Source of the DNA: Acidobacteriota bacterium
Lineage (GTDB): Bacteria > Acidobacteriota > UBA6911 > JACQSX01
Assembly: GCA_036507075.1 (NCBI GenBank)
Contig: DASXQR010000091.1
Coordinates: 1 to 18,994, forward strand
DNA length: 18,994 bases
Reading direction: 5' to 3'
The position numbers were made by a program, and so were the translations under genes. Below, in pieces: positions 7,632-16,092 of the stretch. Numbering within the stretch: position 1 is the first letter of the stretch; every line of letters begins with the position of its first letter. The notes under the pieces were generated by a model that was not told the DNA's origin, did not search any database, and saw nothing but the letters and a program-made list of their open reading frames with translations.

Positions 7632-9689
7632 ATGAAGAGACTGGCATTCATTCTCATTCTGATTCCGTTTGCGGCGAGCAATCTGCTGCCGCAAATAGCC
7701 AGGACTCGCCCGCGTGTCCGTTTTCAGGTGACCGCCGAGCTGGTGCTTGTTGACGTGCGCGCGCTCGACTTGAAAAGCCACCCGGTAGCCGGCCTGAAAG
7801 CGACCGATTTCGAAGTACTGGAAGACGGCGTGCCACAGCGCATCGAAAGTTTTCGGGAAGTCAACATCTCCTCCGACAGGCCTGCTCAGACGGCGCAGAG
7901 CGCCCCTCTGGTAATTCCCTACCGGCGCGAAGACGTGGAAATTCCGCTGGAAAAGGTGACCCAGTATCGACTCTGGGTGGTGCTGTTCAACTTTGCCGGA
8001 ATGGATGCCGAGCAGATGCTTTCATCCACTCGCTCAGTCAAAAAGTTTGTTGCCGAAACAATGGGCGCCGATGACCTGATGGCCGTATTCCTCTACAACG
8101 GCGAGCTGCGGCTGATATCGAATTTGACCAATGATCGCCAGAGTCTCAGTCGTGAACTTGACAAGCTGGACAAAGAGCCTCCGGTGAGCGCGGATACCGC
8201 TTCTGCTGACAATGCAGATGCCGGCGACCCGTCGAGCGACGAAGCAGGTGAGCCCATCGCGGATGACCAGGAATTTGCCATGTTCGATACCAACCGGCAA
8301 TTCATCGCGCTGCAGTCCGTGCTTCAGTTCTATCGGGAAGTCCCCACGCGAAAGTCGCTGCTCTACTTTTCTTCCGGCATTCGCAATCAGGATGCGGACA
8401 ACTACGAAGAACTGAGCCGCACTACCAGCATTGCCAACCGCGCCAACGCCAGTATCTACTCGGTGGATGCGCGTGGTTTGGTCGCATTGGCCCCGGGAGG
8501 AGGGGCAAGAGATCGCGGACCTAAAGGCGAAGGAATGTTCACGGCAAAAAAAGTGAACGATCAGTTTGCAAATCTTGCGGCCAGCCAGGAAACACTCGAA
8601 GCTCTGGCGAAAGACACCGGTGGAAGGGCGCTTGTCGACTCAAACGACTTCGGAAAAATCTTTAAACAGGCGCAGCAGGATACTTCCAATTACTACCTCC
8701 TCGGTTATTACTCCAGCAGCAGCCGTAGAGACGGCAAATTCCGGAAGATTGAAGTTCGCAGCCGCGTCCCCAACCTGAAGGTCAGCTTTCGTAAGGGTTA
8801 CAACGGCCCCAAGTCCTACCTGACACTTACGTCCGAGGAAAAGGAAGAGTTTCTGGAGCGAGCGATCATTTCCCGCCAGCGGCCCGAACAATTCGGAATT
8901 GATTTGCGCGCCGATTCGTTTTACCGGGCAGCCGATCAGGTGCTGATTCCGCTCAGTCTTAAGTTCTTCAAAAAGGAACTGCTCAAGGAAGGCGAGCGCG
9001 GACAGAAGCTGGATCTTGTAGGGTTTGCCCAGGACCCGCAGGGTGAAGTGGTTCAAACACTCAGAGATTCGCTTGAGATCAAGCCCGGCGACACCGGCAC
9101 GTCCATCCTGTATCAAAACGCTTTCCTGGTGAAGCCCGGCATTTACAGCTTGACGTTTTATGCCCGCGAGAATCTGGAAGGCCGGGTCACCTCAGTAGAG
9201 CAAACGGTGAAATTGCCGCCGCGGCCGGCGCAGCTAAGCACCAGCAGCGTCGTTTTCGGAACGCAGTTGATAGAAAACAGCAATCCGCACTTTGAAATAA
9301 CGAAGGCCGGCGCCAAGCACAATGAGGCGATCACCATTGAATCGCCTCTGAAAATCGGAAACAGTGAGATCGTGCCCTCTACCGATCGGGTTTTCGCCCG
9401 CTCCAAGCAGTTTTATGTTTTGTTTCACGCCTACAACGCGCGGTTGTCGGAAGGAAAAGCAAGAGTCAAGGTGACCGCATCCATCCAGAACAGTTCCGGC
9501 AAGACGCTGGGTGACGCGCCATCGGTCAGTTTCCAGTCAATTGACAATACCACCGGCGGCGTTCCCTGCCATATGCGCTTTCCGCTGTCCAAGCTCACGC
9601 CGGGAAAATACCTGCTCAAACTGGAGGTGCTGGATGAGGCAAGTTCCGAAAAGGTCAGGCTGGAAGAATCTTTCGAAGTGACGGCCTAG
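7632..9689 (+). CDS. Secreted VWA-domain protein (VWFA-related acidobacterial type) with C-terminal Ig-like region
   Basis: Signal peptide; FQVTAELVLVDVRA, VAGLKATDFEVLEDGVPQRI, RKSLLYFSSG, IYSVDARGL, LAKDTGG, YYLLGY...DGKFRKIEV...RKGY; C-terminal LTPGKYLLKLEV. Confidence 0.88.
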   Translation: MKRLAFILILIPFAASNLLPQIARTRPRVRFQVTAELVLVDVRALDLKSHPVAGLKATDFEVLEDGVPQRIESFREVNISSDRPAQTAQSAPLVIPYRREDVEIPLEKVTQYRLWVVLFNFAGMDAEQMLSSTRSVKKFVAETMGADDLMAVFLYNGELRLISNLTNDRQSLSRELDKLDKEPPVSADTASADNADAGDPSSDEAGEPIADDQEFAMFDTNRQFIALQSVLQFYREVPTRKSLLYFSSGIRNQDADNYEELSRTTSIANRANASIYSVDARGLVALAPGGGARDRGPKGEGMFTAKKVNDQFANLAASQETLEALAKDTGGRALVDSNDFGKIFKQAQQDTSNYYLLGYYSSSSRRDGKFRKIEVRSRVPNLKVSFRKGYNGPKSYLTLTSEEKEEFLERAIISRQRPEQFGIDLRADSFYRAADQVLIPLSLKFFKKELLKEGERGQKLDLVGFAQDPQGEVVQTLRDSLEIKPGDTGTSILYQNAFLVKPGIYSLTFYARENLEGRVTSVEQTVKLPPRPAQLSTSSVVFGTQLIENSNPHFEITKAGAKHNEAITIESPLKIGNSEIVPSTDRVFARSKQFYVLFHAYNARLSEGKARVKVTASIQNSSGKTLGDAPSVSFQSIDNTTGGVPCHMRFPLSKLTPGKYLLKLEVLDEASSEKVRLEESFEVTA

Positions 9690-9690
9690 T

Positions 9691-9900
9691 GCCCGGATTA
9701 TTCAAAACTTTAACCGCCAAGACCGCTAAGACCGCCAAGATGGCGCATAGGACGGGGCTGAAACTTGAAGGATGAAGGCAGCAGGCCAAACGATTGACGC
9801 GGGCTTTGATGACCTTCATCCTTCAAGTTTCAGCCCCGTCCTATGCGCTATCTTGGCGTTCTTGGCGCTCTTGGCGGTTAAGATTTTGAATAATCCGGGC
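9691..9900. repeat. 210-bp near-perfect palindrome (88-bp arms, 34-nt loop) ending in the same CCCGGATTATTCA terminus; MITE-like; between convergent genes
   Basis: Arms 9691-9778 and 9813-9900 differ at 6 positions. The outer 17 bp and inner 36 bp (9743-9778 / 9813-9848) are perfect, with ~9-nt CGCCAAGA-type units between. Confidence 0.92.
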
Positions 9901-9910
9901 CAGCAGGCCG

Positions 9911-10210
9911 CTACCTAATCTCGTAAATGCGGGCGCCGGCCAGGTAATCGTACTTCAGAACTTCGGTCAGATGGATTGATCGGCCATCGTAGACGTGTCG
10001 GACTCCGTGGACCTCGCTGTATTTCCCGTCGCGGCTGACAATTTTGACCTTCTTCAGCTCGTCAATCTTGGTCGCATCGTCCACCAGCAGGAAATCTTCA
10101 TACTTAAACGTGTCCTGGAAGAGCCGCGTCATCAAGACATTCGTTTCCGCGCGCGCAACGGTCCATGTCAGTGCCGAAACCAGAACTAGAAGAATCATTC
10201 TAGCCTTCAT
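9911..10210 (-). CDS. Small secreted hypothetical protein (99 aa)
   Basis: AGGAG SD upstream of ATG 10210; signal peptide MKARMILLVLVSALTWTVARA|ET. No family recognised. Confidence 0.75.
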   Translation of the reverse strand: MKARMILLVLVSALTWTVARAETNVLMTRLFQDTFKYEDFLLVDDATKIDELKKVKIVSRDGKYSEVHGVRHVYDGRSIHLTEVLKYDYLAGARIYEIR

Positions 10211-10295
10211 TTTGTCTTCTCCTGATGAGTGAGACTGCAAATCCAGTCTAAATCATTGCGAAGTGTAAGACCAGTGGGGGGTTACGGTTTGTGAG

Positions 10296-10418
10296 GTTGA
10301 GCACGAATTTCCACGAATCTCACGAATTTCACGAATCCTTTGAACTACTTTGTGAAATTCGTGGTCAAGTTAAGGGATTCATGAAATTCGTGGAAATTCG
10401 TGGAAATTCGTGCTCAAC
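10296..10418. repeat. Palindrome with CACGAAT(TT) tandem units between divergent genes
   Basis: GTTGAGCACGAATTTCCACGAAT (10296-10318) is the perfect reverse complement of 10396-10418. There are four CACGAAT units on the left and several ATTCGTG units on the right. Confidence 0.9.
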
Positions 10419-10437
10419 TGGAAGCTGGTTTGACTGA

Positions 10438-11361
10438 ATGATGCAGCATGTCTTAAATGCGGTTTTCGTCCTCCTTGCTTTTCTTTCCTCTCTGTCCCTG
10501 CTGCATGCGGAGACCTATTATGTCAATTTTCAGGTACGCGACCCGGCGGGGCTTTACATTCCCAAGCTTTCGCTGGAGGACCTGAGGCTTTCGGTTGATG
10601 GCGTGGAAAAACAGCCGGCCTATCTGTTCGGCCGGGATCTGCCGATGGCGATTGCCGTCTTCTATGACAATGGCCCGTCCATGGCCCCGGAAGTGTTTAC
10701 CATGAATCCGTATTACCAGACTCCGTTGCAGAGATCGAGCACCATGACACTGGAGATTCTGGACAATCTCAAGGCAGACTACGCCATGGCGCTGTACAGT
10801 TACTTTCAGGAGCCCGTTCGTCTCACCGATTTCACCAGCGATGCGGAAATGCTGGAGCGCGGTCTGCGCAATTTGAGGGGCATGGACAAACACGTTGAAG
10901 TTGAAGTTCCGCTGGCAAGATTGTCCATCGCGCTGGACCGCGGGATTGAAATGCTGAAAAAGCGCGATGAAAAAAGAAAAGCCCTGCTGTTTTTCAGTTA
11001 CGTAATGGACCAGGACACTTCTCACATGCTGGACTCACTGCCCCGGCGCCTGGCACGGCACAATATAGAGCTCTACGTTATTTCGTTTGGGCCGCGAAGC
11101 GCCACCGGTCCGGGCTTTACGCAACAGGAGAGAATGAGCGCCTACTGGTTCAGAAAACTTACTGACGGAGAGACAGCGAATTTTTACCTGGCAGACATGT
11201 ACCGGGAAGACCTGCGCCAACTTTCCTTCGAAATTGCAAGCCGCTGGAATACCACGTTCACACTCGCATTCGAATCAAATGAACCGCTGGGCGGAAAACC
11301 ATTCAAAATTGAGCTGGCAAAACCGCAAATGAAGGTCCTGGCTCGACGAACGCTGCCTTAA
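10438..11361 (+). CDS. Secreted divergent VWA-like protein
   Basis: Signal peptide; VNFQVRDPAG..IPKLSLEDLRLSVDG, MIDAS-like FYDNGPSM, LTDFTSDAEML, KRKALLFFS, IELYVISFG, LTDG. Confidence 0.7.
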   Translation: MMQHVLNAVFVLLAFLSSLSLLHAETYYVNFQVRDPAGLYIPKLSLEDLRLSVDGVEKQPAYLFGRDLPMAIAVFYDNGPSMAPEVFTMNPYYQTPLQRSSTMTLEILDNLKADYAMALYSYFQEPVRLTDFTSDAEMLERGLRNLRGMDKHVEVEVPLARLSIALDRGIEMLKKRDEKRKALLFFSYVMDQDTSHMLDSLPRRLARHNIELYVISFGPRSATGPGFTQQERMSAYWFRKLTDGETANFYLADMYREDLRQLSFEIASRWNTTFTLAFESNEPLGGKPFKIELAKPQMKVLARRTLP

Positions 11362-11363
11362 TA

Positions 11364-11395
11364 GTTACGGGTTTACGGGTTACGGGTTACGGGTT
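11364..11395. repeat. (TTACGGG)x4 tandem repeat between convergent genes
   Basis: GTTACGGG-TTTACGGG-TTACGGG-TTACGGG-TT directly after the stop codon at 11361. Confidence 0.85.
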
Positions 11396-11452
11396 TCCTT
11401 GCCCTTGGTGCCGAAATAATCTTCAATTTTGAATTCCGAATTCGCAGCCCGG

Positions 11453-12832
11453 TCACTCGACCGCGTACCCGGCATTGATCCAGGCGCTGGTTCCGCCCAC
11501 AACATTAAACAAATTTCGAAAACCATAACGTGCCAGCACGCTGGTTGCGATGCTGGAACGATAGCCTCCCGCACAGATTACCGCGGTGGGGCGGTCGCGG
11601 TCCGGGAGCCCTGATTTCTCACCAAGATCAGCCAGTTGAATGTTTACAGCACCCGGCACGTGCCCCTGCTTGAATTCAGCCGGGCGCCGTACATCCACTA
11701 CGCCCAGATCGCTTTTCTGGCGCATTCGATGCTGCAGCTCATCCACGGTAATTTGCGGGATGGTGTTCAGTTCAAATCCCTCCTTGTCCCAGGAATAAAT
11801 TCCTCCATCAAGAAAACCCTGCACTGTATCGATCCCGACTCGTGCCAGCCGCATCACGGCCTCGTCCACTTGCGCGAGATTTTCAGAAACGATCAAAATG
11901 GGAGTTCCCATTTGAACCATTGTGCCTGCCCAGGAAGCGAACTGCCCTCCCAAGCCGATGTTCAGAGCTTTCGGAATATAGCCGGCGCCAAACTCTGCGG
12001 CCGCCCGAACATCCAGAATCTCATGACCCCGAAGGCTGCGCGCAGCAAATTCCCGCGCCGACAATTCATCGGGACGCGGCAACTCGTCCAGAGCGCGTGC
12101 GCCGGTGCGGTTTAGTTCTGCATCCTTGGGGAAATACTTCGGAATCTCGGGCATGTCGGTTGTCATCATGTGAACAAACTCTTCCCGACTCATCGGCTTC
12201 AGCGCGTAATTGAATCTTCTCTGCTCCCCGATCGTCGACACGGTTTCGCGCGAAATGTTCCTCCCGCACAGAGATCCCGCGCCATGAGCAGGGTACACCT
12301 CTGTACGGTCGTCAAGCTTCATCAACTTTTCATGGAGGCTGTCATAGAGCTGCGCAGCCATGGTCCTGGCGTCATACCCCCGGCTGCCCACCAGGTCCGG
12401 TCGGCCGATGTCGCCAATGAAAAGAGTGTCACCGGTGAGAACCCTCCCGGGCGCTTCCGGCGCCTCCGTATCGATAACTAGAATAGAGATACTTTCGGGG
12501 GTATGACCCGGCGTTTCGAAGAATCGCAGTACAACTTTTCCGAGCCTCAGTTCCTCCCCATCCCGCACGGCAATATGCTCAAAGGACGCCCCCGCCCTGC
12601 TACCGAAGACCACACGTGCCCCCGTCCGTGACGCAATTTCACGGTGCCCGCTGACAAAGTCGGCATGAAGATGGGTTTCAATCACGTATTTGATCTGCAG
12701 GCCTTGCGCGCCTGCTGCTTCAAGATACTGCTGTACGTCGCGCTGGGGATCGACAACGACTCCCTCTCCTTCGGAACCGATCAGGTAGGAAGCATGCGCC
12801 AGACACCCAAGGTAAAACTGCTTGAAGTACAT
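11453..12832 (-). CDS. MBL-fold metallo-hydrolase / persulfide dioxygenase-like protein fused to two rhodanese domains
   Basis: ETHLHADFVSG, TPGHTPES, TGDTLFIGDIGRPDL, YPAHGAGSLCG; rhodanese LDVR and VVDVR...GHVPGA; C-terminal active loop CAGGYRS. Confidence 0.92.
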   Translation of the reverse strand: MYFKQFYLGCLAHASYLIGSEGEGVVVDPQRDVQQYLEAAGAQGLQIKYVIETHLHADFVSGHREIASRTGARVVFGSRAGASFEHIAVRDGEELRLGKVVLRFFETPGHTPESISILVIDTEAPEAPGRVLTGDTLFIGDIGRPDLVGSRGYDARTMAAQLYDSLHEKLMKLDDRTEVYPAHGAGSLCGRNISRETVSTIGEQRRFNYALKPMSREEFVHMMTTDMPEIPKYFPKDAELNRTGARALDELPRPDELSAREFAARSLRGHEILDVRAAAEFGAGYIPKALNIGLGGQFASWAGTMVQMGTPILIVSENLAQVDEAVMRLARVGIDTVQGFLDGGIYSWDKEGFELNTIPQITVDELQHRMRQKSDLGVVDVRRPAEFKQGHVPGAVNIQLADLGEKSGLPDRDRPTAVICAGGYRSSIATSVLARYGFRNLFNVVGGTSAWINAGYAVE

Positions 12833-12864
12833 GGCCGTCTCCGGTCAGAACACGCGTTGTCCGC

Positions 12865-12999
12865 TCAACCTGCGTGGCGCTTCTCCGCGCGCTCTTTCAA
12901 CTTGGATTCGGTGGCGTTCTGCTTCCGATGCAGGGCCACGATATAAACAAAGAGCACTGTCCAGATAAGCGTGTAGGCCGTGAAGAGATAGAAGTTCAT
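12865..12999 (-). CDS. ccmD: Heme exporter protein CcmD (44 aa)
   Basis: ATG overlaps the ccmC stop (ATGA). MNFYLFTAYTLIWTVLFVYIVAL is a single TM followed by a basic/charged tail; operon position fits. Confidence 0.8.
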   Translation of the reverse strand: MNFYLFTAYTLIWTVLFVYIVALHRKQNATESKLKERAEKRHAG

Positions 13000-13658
13000 G
13001 CCAGCCCTCCGTGACCGATCCCAATCCGATATTCCTGGTCTTTCTGCTGCACGCGCAAATGCAGCAGCACCGCGTACAGGACCACGAAGGCGCCCAGCGC
13101 GACAAACATGGTGATCTTCATCTCCCGCTCGAGGTTCATGCCTTTCGACGTAATCACCACGGGATGTATGGAGCGCCACCAGCGAATCGACATGAACGTA
13201 ATGGGCACATCAATGAAAGCAATAATCCCCAGGATGGCGGAAATACGATACTTCCTGTCGCTTTCTTCCATGTTGGCGCGCAGCAGCAGATAGGCCACAT
13301 ACATCAACCACAACATTAGAAAGGTGGTGAGCCGGGGGTCCCAGGTCCACCAGGTATTCCACACCGGCTTGGCCCACAAAGGGCCCGTTATCAGAACCAG
13401 AGTACTGAAAATAACGCCGATTTCCGCGCTCGCCGAGGCCCAGGTGTCGTATCTTCTCACGCCCGTCGCGAGGTAAGCGACGCTGAAGACAAACAGTATA
13501 AAGTACGCGAGAAAGCTGAGCCACCCGAGCGCAAAGTGAAAATAAAAGATGCGCTGCACTTCTCCCATCACCGCCTCGCGCGGAGCGTAAAGGAACGCGC
13601 AGTAAAGCGCAAGAACCATCATTGGATAGAGCAGGACAAGAAGAAAGCTTCTCATCAT
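12996..13658 (-). CDS. ccmC: Heme exporter protein CcmC
   Basis: WWD motif WAKPVWNTWWTWDPRLT with flanking His residues (IFYFH, WRSIHP); multiple TM helices. Confidence 0.93.
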   Translation of the reverse strand: MMRSFLLVLLYPMMVLALYCAFLYAPREAVMGEVQRIFYFHFALGWLSFLAYFILFVFSVAYLATGVRRYDTWASASAEIGVIFSTLVLITGPLWAKPVWNTWWTWDPRLTTFLMLWLMYVAYLLLRANMEESDRKYRISAILGIIAFIDVPITFMSIRWWRSIHPVVITSKGMNLEREMKITMFVALGAFVVLYAVLLHLRVQQKDQEYRIGIGHGGLA

Positions 13659-14335
13659 TCCCCCAGCACGTAATCAAACACCACCAAAGCGGCAGCGAAG
13701 AATATCAGGTCGAAAACAACCATCATTCCCATCCAGTGCCAGTTCTCAATTTCACCGGTAAGCTTCAGAGCCTGCCGCATCAACTGCACGGATGCGATCA
13801 GCAGTGGAACAATGATCGGGTAAAGCAGGATCGAAACGACCACCTCGCGCAACCGCGTGCTTTCCGCCATCGCGCCAAACAGCGTTCCCACTGCCGCCAT
13901 TCCTGCCGCCGCCAGCGGACAAACCGCCGCCAGCAGCCACATTCTCCAGCTGACGGAGACGTCGAAGAAGATTATAAACAGCGGAAGAGTCAGCGTCATC
14001 AGAAGAAGGATGACGCAAAAGTTTGTGAGGAACTTTCCCACGAAAATCCACGCCGGGTCCAGCGGCAGAAGAGCGAGCGCGTGAATTGCGCTTTCAGCAC
14101 TCTCACGCTGAAAGGTGCGGGAAAGTGTCAGCGCGGACGCAAAAACAACGGCAATCCAGAATATCGCCGCCTTACCTTCGACAATGGCCGCCGATCCCGG
14201 GTCGAAACCGAAATTGAAAAGGATAAGCACCAGCAGCGCAAAGAAAAGATTGGAGAGAAAACCTTCTCTGCTTCGAACTTCGAGAACAAGGTCTTTTCTC
14301 AGAATCGCCAGCGCTGCGTTCAACCCTTCTCGCAT
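13655..14335 (-). CDS. ccmB: Heme exporter protein CcmB
   Basis: ILRKDLVLEVRS, FQRE, IFVGK, LLYPIIVPLLI; about 6 TM; between ccmA and ccmC. Confidence 0.9.
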   Translation of the reverse strand: MREGLNAALAILRKDLVLEVRSREGFLSNLFFALLVLILFNFGFDPGSAAIVEGKAAIFWIAVVFASALTLSRTFQRESAESAIHALALLPLDPAWIFVGKFLTNFCVILLLMTLTLPLFIIFFDVSVSWRMWLLAAVCPLAAAGMAAVGTLFGAMAESTRLREVVVSILLYPIIVPLLIASVQLMRQALKLTGEIENWHWMGMMVVFDLIFFAAALVVFDYVLGE

Positions 14336-14424
14336 GTGGGTGTATTAATCGTCAATTCCCGGTCGCAGGGGCAGCCTGACATGGCAGCTCCCCGGGTTGT
14401 CGCCGGTTAAATCGGGCAGCCATG

Positions 14425-15060
14425 TTAGGCCGCCCCTACAAGTTTCTCCACAACTTTGCCGTTGCCTACCTCAAACTGCCGAGTCGCCACAGATCGCGCC
14501 AATTCGACCTGATGAGTGACCATTACCACAGTCCGGCTTCGGATCCACTGCAGGAAACTCGACACGAATCCGCTGTCGAGCGCATTGAAAGGTTCGTCCA
14601 GTAGCAGGATCTCGGGATCGTGCAGCAGCGCCCTTGCAACTGAAAGCCGCTGCTTCATGCCGGCTGAATAGAAGCGGACGCGCCGCTGCGCCGCCTCTCC
14701 ATCCAGGCCCACCTGTGCCAGAAGAGACCGGCATCTGTCGCGACCCAAACCGCGCAAGGCGGCAAAAAACAGCAGATTCTCCTCGCCGCTGAGATCCGGA
14801 TACAGCAAGGATTCGTGTCCGAGATACCCCATGCGCCGGCGGAAAAGTCGCAAACCGGCGCGATCTTCGTAAAAAGAAATAGAACCGGAAGTAGGTGGCG
14901 TCAGGGAGGCGAGTATCTTCAGCAGCGTCGATTTTCCGACACCGTTGGGACCGAACAGCAGAATTCGATCCTTCTCCCTCAGCTCAAACTGGATATTTTG
15001 CAGAACGGGACGTGTGCCGTAGACCTTGTCAACTCCAGAGAGTCTGACGATGGGGGCCAT
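14425..15060 (-). CDS. ccmA: Heme ABC exporter ATP-binding protein CcmA
   Basis: Walker A GPNGVGKST, YLGH, signature YSAGMKQRL, Walker B LLLDEPF, H-loop VTHQ; ccm operon context. Confidence 0.9.
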   Translation of the reverse strand: MAPIVRLSGVDKVYGTRPVLQNIQFELREKDRILLFGPNGVGKSTLLKILASLTPPTSGSISFYEDRAGLRLFRRRMGYLGHESLLYPDLSGEENLLFFAALRGLGRDRCRSLLAQVGLDGEAAQRRVRFYSAGMKQRLSVARALLHDPEILLLDEPFNALDSGFVSSFLQWIRSRTVVMVTHQVELARSVATRQFEVGNGKVVEKLVGAA

Positions 15061-15374
15061 CAGGCTTTTTTCTTCAGTGCTCTTTTCGAGGAACGCGTGG
15101 TCTGAACCGTTTCTATCTGTTTGAGAACTTCAATTGCCTTCAGCTCGGACTCCTTCTTCAGAATCTCATAATCATGCGGCGACAGTTTGCCCATACGGTA
15201 ATCAAGCTCGATGTCTTTGAGCGAAAGATAAGCTTCTTCTTTTTCATTCAGCAGCTCATCCAGACGAGTTTGGCTGCGCAGGTCCGCCGGGGATTCCTCG
15301 GGCGCGCGAAAAAAGGGATGGGCAATGAAAACGAGCAAAGCCAGAAACAGCAGCGCGGCGACCAGTTCGGTCAA
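15060..15374 (-). CDS. Small membrane protein resembling the CcmI/CycH N-terminal region
   Basis: N-terminal TM ending in HPF, then LKDIELDYRMGKLSPHDYEILK helix motif; translationally coupled to ccmH and ccmA; no TPR region. Confidence 0.65.
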   Translation of the reverse strand: MTELVAALLFLALLVFIAHPFFRAPEESPADLRSQTRLDELLNEKEEAYLSLKDIELDYRMGKLSPHDYEILKKESELKAIEVLKQIETVQTTRSSKRALKKKA

Positions 15375-15847
15375 TCTATCTTCTCCAGCTCTTCATTCAT
15401 TCTCTGGCGATAACTGTCAGCGACCGGCGAAGCTTCAGACCGGGCGGCCTGGCGTTCCACGTCCGCTTCCTGCTTTTCCGCAGCCGCCTGCCAGTGTTTC
15501 ATCTTGACCACGAGAAATACGCCCGCAACGAAAATCCCCAGGAATGGCAGCACCCAGGCCGTAAGATTGAATCCCGACTTGGGAGGAGCCGCTAAAACCG
15601 AGATGCCGCCCTTGTTGACGTATTGCGCCAGAATCTGCTCTTTGGTCTTCCCTTCCTGCAGCATCTTCTCTACTTCTTTGGTCGTCTGATCCGCCAGTCC
15701 ACAGCCGCAGACGGAAACCGTCTTGTTGCCGCAACCGCACAGGCAAACCAACTGCGAAGTGACATCCTGCACCTGCTCCTTTGTCACCCCAGCGATTGAG
15801 GGCGAAATAGTCAGAATCATCAACGCCAGAAGAAATCGGAACCACAT
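15371..15847 (-). CDS. ccmH: Cytochrome c biogenesis protein CcmH (Cys-rich variant)
   Basis: Signal peptide from ATG 15847 (AGGTGA SD); LVCLCGC...VCGCG; GKTKEQILAQYV..G..VLAAPP.SGFNLTAWVLP is typical of CcmH; C-terminal TM. Confidence 0.85.
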   Translation of the reverse strand: MWFRFLLALMILTISPSIAGVTKEQVQDVTSQLVCLCGCGNKTVSVCGCGLADQTTKEVEKMLQEGKTKEQILAQYVNKGGISVLAAPPKSGFNLTAWVLPFLGIFVAGVFLVVKMKHWQAAAEKQEADVERQAARSEASPVADSYRQRMNEELEKID

Positions 15848-15863
15848 ATCATTCACCTGCAAT

Positions 15864-16088
15864 TGCGGAATTCGGAATGCGGAATGCGGAATAAGACGAA
15901 TGTGCGGAATTCGGAACGCGGAATGCGGAATGTCGAATAAGACGAATACTTCATAGGTGATGGACAGTCAGATAAATTTCCTGGGATTTTCCTTCCTTAT
16001 TCCGCATTCCACATTCCGCATTCCACATTTCCACATTTCCGCATTCCGCATTCCGCATTCCGCATTCCGCATTCCGCATTCCGCATTC
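15864..16088. repeat. Inverted arrays of 7-nt units (GCGGAAT)n ... (ATTCCGC)n between ccmF and ccmH
   Basis: The left arm 15864-15947 is itself a ~40-nt duplication ending AATAAGACGAAT. The right arm 15996-16088 has about 13 ATTCC(G/A)C-type units. Confidence 0.93.
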
Positions 16089-16092
16089 AAGA

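Noticed and set aside
9743..9848. 36-bp repeat pair with a 34-nt spacer, CRISPR-like in size
   Set aside because: The repeats are inverted rather than direct, there are only two, and no cas gene is in the window.
12865..13179. 104-aa ORF as listed in the track
   Set aside because: Only the last 44 aa from ATG 12999 are credible (CcmD); the rest overlaps ccmC out of frame.
14336..14424. 89-nt GC-rich gap between ccmA and ccmB as a possible structured RNA or repeat element
   Set aside because: Only short imperfect pairings (CCCGG/CCGGG) are visible, as expected by chance at this GC content.
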